NCBI GenBank assembly: GCA_018266765.1
Contig: JAFDZU010000010.1
Coordinates: 4,916-68,915 of the forward strand
DNA: 64,000 nucleotides
Reading direction: 5' to 3'
From: Bacteroidota bacterium
GTDB taxonomy: Bacteria; Bacteroidota; Ignavibacteria; Kapaibacteriales; UBA961
The notes beneath the pieces were generated by a model. It was not told the origin of the DNA, did no database searches, and was given only the letters and a program-made list of their open reading frames with translations. The translations under genes and the position numbers were made by a program. This document shows, one piece after another, positions 56,372-64,000 of the stretch (the first letter of the stretch is position 1; each line of letters opens with the position of its first letter).

Positions 56372-57514
56372 TTAGAGTAAATTCTCGAGAATTTTCTTGA
56401 TTTGATAGCCAGCAAAATCCCAATTAAGTCTTTGCTTGTATTCTAGAAAAGAGGAATGTGCAAGTTTATAATATTCTTCTGGGTTAGTAATTAATTGAGC
56501 AATATATTGACTGAATTCTTCTGGTGAATCCAGTTTGTCGAATAGTTGCCCGTTTTTTCCGTTTATAATCACTGATGGAATTCCACCTACAGTTGTACTG
56601 ATACATGGAAGTCCGAAAGAATTAGCTTCAGAAAATACAATTGGAGTACAATCAGCTATCGAAGGGAGAATTAAAAAATGAGATTCTATGAACAGTTTTC
56701 TTAATTTGATAACATCAGTTGGGTCTGATTTATTTAAAAATCCGATTAGGTTTACAAAATGCGGTAACTTAGTTGTAGTAGGAACACAACCAACTATATT
56801 TAATTCAGTTTTTATACCTTTGTTATGTAGATTTATCGCTGTATTCAAAGCGATATTTCCACCTTTGCGTTCCCAATCTACACCTAAAAATAATAGTTTA
56901 CATACATCATTTTTAACACGTTTTTCAATAAATTGTTCTATTTCACTTTCACTTGGCGGAACATCAATATTAGCACCGAATGGAACAACATAAACTTTAT
57001 CCGGAGAGGTGTTATACTCATTAATTGCACTTTGTGCTGCCCATTGCGAGCTATAAATAACCGCTGCGGAACGGTTCAAAGCAGACTGCTCTAATTGTTT
57101 AATATTACGAATCGTTGAGGTACTCAGATTTGAATATTCTTTATAGTAGTTATGCATCAATGGGAACGTTGCATCTGCTATAAATACTATAGGTTGTTTA
57201 CAATCTAATAAAGCGATTGGATACGCCCAAATTGCTAAAATAATATCCGGTTTTATTTTTTCAATTTGTTTTGAAATTTGAAGTGCATTATGAAGCACAA
57301 TAGCAGGTTCTGCTTGGCGGATGTGACGTTTTCTGAGAATTTCTCGATAAAAAAGCTGTTTAGCTTTATACAATAGACTGTTCTTTTCTGTAAGTGGTCC
57401 GACATATGAAATTTCTAAACCCTGTTTTTCTAATTCTTTTGCGATAGTATATCCGGTACCTGACCAACTATGGACTAACCGAGCGTCAAAAGTAGAAACA
57501 TAGGCGATTTTCAT
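56372..57514 (-). CDS. Glycosyltransferase family 4 (GT-B fold).
   Basis: C-terminal EANSFGLPCISTTVGGIPSVIINGKNGQLF matches the GT4 E-x7-E/GxP nucleotide-sugar motif region. N-terminal MKIAYVSTF. Confidence 0.75.
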   Translation of the reverse strand: MKIAYVSTFDARLVHSWSGTGYTIAKELEKQGLEISYVGPLTEKNSLLYKAKQLFYREILRKRHIRQAEPAIVLHNALQISKQIEKIKPDIILAIWAYPIALLDCKQPIVFIADATFPLMHNYYKEYSNLSTSTIRNIKQLEQSALNRSAAVIYSSQWAAQSAINEYNTSPDKVYVVPFGANIDVPPSESEIEQFIEKRVKNDVCKLLFLGVDWERKGGNIALNTAINLHNKGIKTELNIVGCVPTTTKLPHFVNLIGFLNKSDPTDVIKLRKLFIESHFLILPSIADCTPIVFSEANSFGLPCISTTVGGIPSVIINGKNGQLFDKLDSPEEFSQYIAQLITNPEEYYKLAHSSFLEYKQRLNWDFAGYQIKKILENLL

Positions 57515-57743
57515 AAGTGTAATAAATAAGGCGGCTTGTTTTTGTGAATTATTCAGAAATTTATTCTATTCCGTAAAGAGATGAGTTCGATAACACAATT
57601 AACGAAATGGAGTAACGGCGTTTGGGTTTTGCAAGTAGAGAGATAGAAGTGCAGTCGCTCCGCTCATTATTCTTATCGTAGAAATAAATATCGTAGTATT
57701 TTCACAATCATTGCCGCCAATATATAAAGTTTTTTATTTACAA

Positions 57744-59120
57744 TTAAATTGATTGTTTGCCCATTTCATCGTAAAATGCTGCTGTTGCAATTATTCCTTT
57801 TTCAAAATTATCAAGTAAGAAGTGTTCATCAGGAGAATGAGCATTTTCTGTTGAAAGTCCAAATCCCATTAAAACCGTGGGGGCATGAAGAATCGTATCA
57901 AATAATAGACATACAGGAATTGAACCACCTTCGCGTGTGAGAACCGGTTCTTTATTATATGCCTCTCGTAGTGCAACTCGTGCCGCATTCATACCCATTG
58001 AATCTCGAGGAGTAAGAACAGGATTTGCTCCATGATGATTAACAATTTCTACTTTAACAGTCGGTGGGGCTATAGTTTTTAAATACTCTTGAAATTTTTG
58101 AGCAATATCATCAGAATCTTGGTTTGGAACAAGGCGCATCGAAATTTTTGCCTTAGCAATAGAAGGAAGAACAGTTTTTGCACCTACACCTGTAAATCCA
58201 CCTAAGATTCCGTTTACGTCTAATGTCGGGCGTGCTGAAATTCTTTCTAAAGTTGAATAGCCAAACTCTCCGAACGTAAATGGAATTTCGAGTTGAGTTC
58301 GATATTCTTCTTCATCGAATGGAAGCGAAGCATAATCTGTGCGTTCTTCTTGTGTGAGTGGGAGAACGTCGTCGTAGAATCCGGGAATAGTTATTCTTCC
58401 GTAGCCGTCTTTTAATGTTGCAATCATATCACAGAGAGCATTCACCGGGTTTTGAACAGCTCCACCAAAACTACCCGAATGTAAATCACGGTTCGGCCCG
58501 GTAATAGTAACCTCCATATAACATAATCCACGTAAACCATAAACAAGCGAAGGTACTCCGGGAGCATAAATTGGTGTATCCGAAACGACAACGGTATCAC
58601 ATTTTAGCAAGTCTTGGTGGGTTCTTATAAATTCCTCAAGATGGACACTACCGATTTCTTCTTCTCCTTCTATCAATAATTTGACATTTACAGGTAATTC
58701 TCCATTCACTTTTAAATACGATTCTAATGCTTTAATATGAAGGAAAATTTGTCCTTTATCATCCGTTGCACCACGTGCAAAAACTTTTCCATCTCTGAAA
58801 GTTGGCTCAAATGGCGGATTTGTCCATAAATTCAGCGGGTCAACCGGCTGAACATCATAATGTCCATAAAAAAGAACAGTCGGCGCATTTGGTCTGGAGC
58901 ATTTATACTCCGCATAGACTATAGGATGACCTTTTGTCGGATAAATTGTAACATCATCAATTCCTGCAGCACGAATATGTTCAGCAACAAACGAAGCACA
59001 ATGAGCAACATCGGCTATATGTTCAGGAGCGGTCGAAACAGATGGAATTCGTAATAAATCGGCAAGTTCTTCAAGAAATCGAGATTTATTATTGAGAATG
59101 TAATTCTTAATATTGTTCAT
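57744..59120 (-). CDS. M20-family metallopeptidase/dipeptidase.
   Basis: The ORF-track start at 59165 is TTG; ATG 59120 gives MNNIKNYILNNKSRFLEELADLLRIPSVS. Metal-binding motifs FYGHYDVQPVD, GATDDKG and LIEGEEEIGS. Confidence 0.75.
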   Translation of the reverse strand: MNNIKNYILNNKSRFLEELADLLRIPSVSTAPEHIADVAHCASFVAEHIRAAGIDDVTIYPTKGHPIVYAEYKCSRPNAPTVLFYGHYDVQPVDPLNLWTNPPFEPTFRDGKVFARGATDDKGQIFLHIKALESYLKVNGELPVNVKLLIEGEEEIGSVHLEEFIRTHQDLLKCDTVVVSDTPIYAPGVPSLVYGLRGLCYMEVTITGPNRDLHSGSFGGAVQNPVNALCDMIATLKDGYGRITIPGFYDDVLPLTQEERTDYASLPFDEEEYRTQLEIPFTFGEFGYSTLERISARPTLDVNGILGGFTGVGAKTVLPSIAKAKISMRLVPNQDSDDIAQKFQEYLKTIAPPTVKVEIVNHHGANPVLTPRDSMGMNAARVALREAYNKEPVLTREGGSIPVCLLFDTILHAPTVLMGFGLSTENAHSPDEHFLLDNFEKGIIATAAFYDEMGKQSI

Positions 59121-59279
59121 AATTAAAGCAGTTATTATTTCTAAAATTGGTTGTTTAGTAGACAAAATTACGAATTATGAATTTAAATAACTATTAAAAC
59201 AAAAAATATAAACATCTATAAAGTACTACGATTTTTTGTTTATTGACTATAACGAGTATTATTGGTTTATTATTCTAAT

Positions 59280-60374
59280 TTATAATCTACTGCCGTCTTT
59301 ACCAAATAATAGTAAATGAGAGTAAAGAGTATAGAAAATAACTTTTTGACCTACACTTACTGTTGCAACAGAAGGAACCCTGCAACACTTCATATCTCCA
59401 TTTGTACTAAAATACAATAACGATTCGTGTCCAATATATTCAATTGCCTTAATTTCTGCTTCAATTTGAATGTTTTGATCGTTGGAACTCATAGTTAGAG
59501 AAAGGTCTTCCGGGCGAATTCCAATAGTTAGTTCAGTTCCATCTGCTGGAAGCATAGTTTTAAAATTATCTTTCGAAAACTGAAATGAAAATTGACTTGA
59601 ATTCTCATAGAAATGTAATGCTGGATTTTCTCGTATTATTCCATGAAATAAGTTAATTTGCGGACTTCCGATAAATGATGATACAAAAAGATTTGAGGGG
59701 TTACGGTACATTTCTGCAGGTGTTGAAATTTGCTGTATTTCACCCTGTTTCAAGACTGCAATTTTATCGCCCATCGTCATTGCTTCCGTTTGGTCGTGTG
59801 TAACATAAACAGCAGTTACACCAAGTTTTCGTTGCAATGCGATAATTTCTGAGCGCATTTGAACTCGCAGTTGAGCATCAAGATTCGAAAGAGGTTCATC
59901 AAACAAAAATATCCGAGGACTACGGATAATTGCCCTGCCTAAAGCTACTCGTTGTCGTTGTCCGCCAGAAAGTTCTTTTGGTTTACTTGAAAGAGCGTTA
60001 TCTAATCCGAGAATTTCAGCTACTTCTTGAACTTTTCGTTTAATTTCAGATTTGGACTCTTTGCGAATTGAAAGTGGAAATCCAATATTTTCACCAACAC
60101 TCAAATGAGGATACAGAGCATAATTTTGGAAAACCATACCAATATCACGGTTTTTAGGTGGCTCTTCATTCATTCTTTTCCCATCAAAGAGTAAATCACC
60201 CGAACTAATGGATTCTAATCCTGCAATCATCCGTAGTAGAGTACTTTTCCCACATCCTGATGGCCCAACTAAAACAAGAAACTCACCCGGCTGTACTTCA
60301 AGGGATACATTCTTTACTGCAACGGTTTTATTGTCGTATAGTTTAGTAATTGAAGATAGTTGCAGATGCGTCAT
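59280..60374 (-). CDS. ABC importer ATP-binding subunit, MalK/UgpC/PotA type, with a C-terminal TOBE-like domain.
   Basis: Walker A GPSGCGKST. Q-loop. Signature LSGGQRQRVALGRAI. Walker B IFLFDEPLSNLD. H VTHDQ. No adjacent permease or binding-protein genes. Confidence 0.85.
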   Translation of the reverse strand: MTHLQLSSITKLYDNKTVAVKNVSLEVQPGEFLVLVGPSGCGKSTLLRMIAGLESISSGDLLFDGKRMNEEPPKNRDIGMVFQNYALYPHLSVGENIGFPLSIRKESKSEIKRKVQEVAEILGLDNALSSKPKELSGGQRQRVALGRAIIRSPRIFLFDEPLSNLDAQLRVQMRSEIIALQRKLGVTAVYVTHDQTEAMTMGDKIAVLKQGEIQQISTPAEMYRNPSNLFVSSFIGSPQINLFHGIIRENPALHFYENSSQFSFQFSKDNFKTMLPADGTELTIGIRPEDLSLTMSSNDQNIQIEAEIKAIEYIGHESLLYFSTNGDMKCCRVPSVATVSVGQKVIFYTLYSHLLLFGKDGSRL

Positions 60375-60846
60375 TTTTGTTAATAAAGTCAGATAGCTGT
60401 AAAATATATATTTTATTTCTAGTATTCTTTGATTTTATTCCAAATATTATCAAACAAATATAGGGAATTTTATTGCATTTGCAGTTGATAGTCAAGGGAG
60501 TGATTTCGGTGAGTTTTAGACTTGGACTCTATTTTTTTTAGTGACTAATAATTGTAAAGAAATAAAAAATTTTGCTTAAAGTAAAATTTTGCTTGTCTTT
60601 TCCCTCTAAGCATGATAGATTTGTATTGAATTTTATTGAGCAGCATCAAAAAAATTCTGTATCCCGCATGTTTTTGAGTCTGTATTTTGTTTAACAGATT
60701 ATTTCTTGGCTTCAATAACGCTCTGCTTAATTACTTTTTTGCAGATAGGTTTTGAGTCATGGATATTCTATATTTCCTATCAATTAGGAAGAATAAACAT
60801 TCATTAAATAGAAAAACACATGATATGGGGTAAAAGAGGTAAGTAA

Positions 60847-61626
60847 ATGGCAAAAAAACAGTTACAGCAAGATTTGGCGGAGAAAGACAAGCGTTCTTTT
60901 TTATATAGCAAGTTGTTGACTATTCTTATAATAGTTGGAGGAATATTTGCCTTGTCATTCATGTGGAAGTCCAAACAGAGACTCCAAACGATTGAAATTG
61001 TAGGCATTAAAACTCTTACAGAGCACGAAATTCTTGAAAAAATCGGAATAGACAAAGACGAACATCCGTTTTTACGTGATATTCAGCTCGCTGAATTGCG
61101 GATTAAAATCAAACAACATCCTTTTGTTCGCTCTGCGACCGTGGCTCACGGTGATAATGGAAAAATTATTGTAACAATTGAAGAGCGACTTCCGGTCGCG
61201 GCTCTCAAAAGTTCGCAAGGTGAGTTACGATATATTGACCGCGATGGAGTCGTACTTCCGTATAGGTTGTTTTCAGTGGTAACCGATGTGCCGCTGGTAC
61301 ATGGGATTAATATTGATGGTAAGATTGACACAATGGTAGTGGGTGGACTGGTTAGAATTTTAAATCTGTTAGAGAATACTTCAAATGGTGAATTATACCA
61401 AGCTGTTTCAGAAGTATTTTACCAGCAAAATCAAAATTCTTACTATTTGCGTTCTACTGAGTCAGGAATTATGGTAAACATTGGATATCCTAAAAACTTG
61501 CAAGAAAAAATTGATTGTTTGATTCGGTTTTGGAAAAATGAATTTCCTAAAGTAAATAAACAAACAATTGAGTATATTGACCTTCGTTGGCAAGGACAAT
61601 TGATACTCAAAAAAAGAACTCAATAA
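60847..61626 (+). CDS. ftsQ: Cell-division protein FtsQ/DivIB (TM plus POTRA).
   Basis: TM LLTILIIVGGIFALSFMW. POTRA-like LQTIEIVGIKTLTEHEILEKIGID. Immediately upstream of ftsA-ftsZ. Confidence 0.6.
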   Translation: MAKKQLQQDLAEKDKRSFLYSKLLTILIIVGGIFALSFMWKSKQRLQTIEIVGIKTLTEHEILEKIGIDKDEHPFLRDIQLAELRIKIKQHPFVRSATVAHGDNGKIIVTIEERLPVAALKSSQGELRYIDRDGVVLPYRLFSVVTDVPLVHGINIDGKIDTMVVGGLVRILNLLENTSNGELYQAVSEVFYQQNQNSYYLRSTESGIMVNIGYPKNLQEKIDCLIRFWKNEFPKVNKQTIEYIDLRWQGQLILKKRTQ

Positions 61627-61682
61627 AAAAAAATATATAATAGTCATATTGAACAGACCGTTAAACCTAAGGTGCAATAGGC

Positions 61683-62945
61683 ATGAATCCAGACTTGAGT
61701 ATAAATAACGACGATATTATTGTTGGACTTGATATCGGGACATCGAAAGTATGTGTACTGATTGTAGCAACAGATTCTTCGCGCAAATCACTGAATATAT
61801 TGGGGGTTGGATTGGCTGATAGCGATGGACTTCGTCGTGGAGTTATCGTTAATATTGACAGAGCCGTACGTTCAATTCAACAAGCAGTTGCTATTGCCGA
61901 ACAGCAAGCAGGTATTAAAGTAAAGGATGTAGTTGTTGGAATTGCAGGCGACCACATTCACTCATTTGCAACCCGCAGTATCATTTCAATTTCAAACCCT
62001 ACTAAAGAAATTACCCATGCTGATGTTCAACGACTTTTAGATGAAGCTCGTAGAATTGCAATTCCTTCCGACCGCCGAATCTTACATGTTATACCCCAAG
62101 ATTATATTATAGATGGTCAAGATGGCATAACCGACCCTATTGGAATGAGTGGTGTACGTATGGAAGCAAATGTCCATATTGTTACTGCCCTAGTTACAGC
62201 AATGCAAAATATTCATCGATGCGTAGAACGAGCCGGCTTAACAGTTAGTGATTTAGTCTTAGAACCACTTGCAAGCAGTGAAGCTGTTCTTGATGATGAC
62301 GAAAAAGAAGTTGGGGTTGCATTGATTGACATTGGCGGAGGTACGACAGATGTAGCCGTTTTTGTTGAAGGAATTATCCGTCATACTTCAGTATTTGCAG
62401 TAGCAGGACATCAAGTAACCGATGATATTTGCAATGTGTTAGGAATACTTCATGTTCAAGCAGAGAGAATTAAAAGAGAGTACGGTCATGCACTCCAAGA
62501 AAGTATAATGCGTGACGAAGTTTTTATGATTCCCGGAATTGGTGGTCGTAAACCACTCGAAGTAACTAAAAGCTTGCTTTGCCAAGTGATTCAACCGCGA
62601 ATGGAAGAAATATTTGAGTTTGCATATGCAGAAATTAAAAAATCAGGTTATGCAGATCGGCTTTCAGCTGGTGTAATTGTGACAGGTGGAAGCGCATTAC
62701 TTAATGGAACGGACGAATTAGCTCATAATGTGATTGGTCGTCCGGTAAAAATTGGAATACCATCAGCAATGACGTATGGAGGACTTGCACCTGAAGTAGA
62801 AAGTCCAATGTTTGCTACGGCAGTCGGATTAGTGATGCACGGTTTACGTGCAAGGAAAGATAGTATTGATGAAGGAATTGATGATATCGCAACAAAAAAG
62901 CCGTCATTATTTCGCAAAGTCAAGTCTTTTTTTGAGGATTTGTAA
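61683..62945 (+). CDS. ftsA: Cell-division protein FtsA.
   Basis: DIIVGLDIGTSKVCVLI phosphate-1, IDIGGGTTDVAVF phosphate-2, and actin/HSP70 fold motifs. Confidence 0.9.
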   Translation: MNPDLSINNDDIIVGLDIGTSKVCVLIVATDSSRKSLNILGVGLADSDGLRRGVIVNIDRAVRSIQQAVAIAEQQAGIKVKDVVVGIAGDHIHSFATRSIISISNPTKEITHADVQRLLDEARRIAIPSDRRILHVIPQDYIIDGQDGITDPIGMSGVRMEANVHIVTALVTAMQNIHRCVERAGLTVSDLVLEPLASSEAVLDDDEKEVGVALIDIGGGTTDVAVFVEGIIRHTSVFAVAGHQVTDDICNVLGILHVQAERIKREYGHALQESIMRDEVFMIPGIGGRKPLEVTKSLLCQVIQPRMEEIFEFAYAEIKKSGYADRLSAGVIVTGGSALLNGTDELAHNVIGRPVKIGIPSAMTYGGLAPEVESPMFATAVGLVMHGLRARKDSIDEGIDDIATKKPSLFRKVKSFFEDL

Positions 62946-63043
62946 TTATTTTTGTGGATAGTTTGAGAATTTACTTATTTTGTCTAATAATTTTCTTTTT
63001 TATATTATGAACGTATTGTTTTCATTTAACCGTGGGGGGAAAA

Positions 63044-64000
63044 ATGATAGAATTTGATACAGTTGAAGAGCAGGGCGCAAAGATACGCGTCATAGGCGTT
63101 GGCGGCGGAGGCGGTAACGCTATTAACAGCATGATAACTCGAGGACTTGTAGGCGTTGATTTTGTTGCAGCCAATACCGATGCCCAAGACCTTGCACGCA
63201 ATCTTGCACCACATAAAATCCAACTTGGCAAGGAAACTACCCGAGGATTGGGAGCCGGAGCAAAACCCGAAATCGGGCAACGTTCAGCGGAAGAAGACAT
63301 TGACGAAATTCGAGAAGCACTTCTCGGTAGCGATATGGTGTTTGTGACAGCTGGAATGGGTGGTGGAACAGGTACTGGAGGAGCACCTGTTGTAGCACGT
63401 GTAGCTCGTGAACTCGGAGCTTTGGTCATTGGAATAGTAACCAAACCCTTCGATTGGGAGGCACGTCGCCGCTCAACCGAAGCCGAGGGTGGAATTAGCG
63501 AATTACGCAAACATGTCGATGCACTTATTACTATACCTAATCAAAAGTTAATGAGTATTATCACTCGTCAAACTTCCTTTAAAGATGCTTTTAATCGTGT
63601 AGATGATGTTCTTTATAATGCTACTCGCGGAATTGCAGATCTTATTTCTCATACCGGTGATGTGAATGTGGACTTTGCAGACGTTCGTACCATCATGAAA
63701 GATATGGGTGACGCACTTATGGGTATTGGTATCGCCAGCGGCGAACACAGAGCAATTGAAGCCGCTCAAAACGCACTCAATTCTCCTTTGCTCGAAGGTA
63801 TTTCTATCGCAGGCGCTCAAGGGTTGCTTGTTAATATTTGCGGAAGCTCTGATTTGGCTATGGTCGAAGTGCAAGATGCCGTTAAAATTATAGAAGAAGC
63901 TGCCGGACATGAAGTTAATTTGATATTTGGTATCGTTACCGATGAAAACATGGGCGATAAAATTATGCTCACAGTTGTTGCTACCGGTTTCAAATATGAG
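63044..64000 (+). CDS. ftsZ: Cell-division GTPase FtsZ, 3'-partial (continues beyond the window).
   Basis: MIEFDTVEEQGAKIRVIGVGGGGGNAINSMI; tubulin signature GGGTGTG in AGMGGGTGTGGAPVVA; T7 loop NVDFADV. The frame is open to nt 64000. Confidence 0.95.
   Translation, partial: MIEFDTVEEQGAKIRVIGVGGGGGNAINSMITRGLVGVDFVAANTDAQDLARNLAPHKIQLGKETTRGLGAGAKPEIGQRSAEEDIDEIREALLGSDMVFVTAGMGGGTGTGGAPVVARVARELGALVIGIVTKPFDWEARRRSTEAEGGISELRKHVDALITIPNQKLMSIITRQTSFKDAFNRVDDVLYNATRGIADLISHTGDVNVDFADVRTIMKDMGDALMGIGIASGEHRAIEAAQNALNSPLLEGISIAGAQGLLVNICGSSDLAMVEVQDAVKIIEEAAGHEVNLIFGIVTDENMGDKIMLTVVATGFKYE

Noticed and set aside
63022-63910. Minus-strand ORFs of 162 aa and 120 aa in the six-frame track.
   Set aside because: They are antisense to the unmistakable ftsZ reading frame (63044 onward) and have P/A/R-rich low-complexity translations, so they are spurious.

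Overview
Low-GC chromosomal window that looks like a Fibrobacteres-Chlorobi-Bacteroidetes (FCB)-group genome, Ignavibacteria/Bacteroidota-like. The evidence is frequent AGGAG-type Shine-Dalgarno sites and many secreted proteins whose C-termini read as type IX secretion (T9SS) sorting domains. It is densely coding, about 50 genes, and I found no rRNA, tRNA or CRISPR array.

Content in order:
- A surface-protein block (1-8415): a 5'-truncated giant repeat adhesin, a large secreted beta-helix-like protein, two small T9SS cargo proteins and an OmpA-family outer-membrane protein.
- An orphan receiver plus a CHASE-PAS histidine kinase.
- grpE-dnaJ, a ComEA-like gene, a degenerate PilM-like actin-fold gene and an 818-aa coiled-coil protein with ~49-aa tandem repeats.
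- An ECF sigma/anti-sigma pair, then a BNR T9SS cargo, a TonB-dependent receptor, a 1323-aa T9SS cargo and a PorV-like outer-membrane protein.
- A GWxTD-domain protein and an LPS block (an LpxL-family acyltransferase overlapping a GT9 heptosyltransferase).
- A pseudouridine synthase, a Tat-signal Fe/Mn superoxide dismutase, an APC-family permease, a C25 (gingipain)-like T9SS cargo and a short MutY-like glycosylase.
- An accessory-looking patch (40.8-48.2 kb): a T9SS cargo, a cysteine-rich secreted protein with a 13-G homopolymer in its 5' coding region, an orphan hypothetical, an acyl-CoA carboxyltransferase, an AT-hook repeat protein next to a very AT-rich 288-bp spacer, and a second ECF sigma/anti-sigma pair.
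- An ABC exporter, an OsmC-family gene, M18 and M20 peptidases, a propeller-type T9SS cargo, a GT4 glycosyltransferase, an orphan MalK-like ATPase and ftsQ-ftsA-ftsZ (ftsZ runs off the 3' end).

Most worth a second look:
- The poly-G contingency-type locus at 43433-43445.
- The ComEA/PilM-like/coiled-coil module.
- The AT-hook protein.
- The anti-sigma factor with an OMP-like C-terminus inside a sigma-to-TonB-to-T9SS locus.

I recognised no canonical defence-system genes, so I cannot name a specific undescribed system with confidence. All calls come from reading motifs in the supplied translations; no searches were run.
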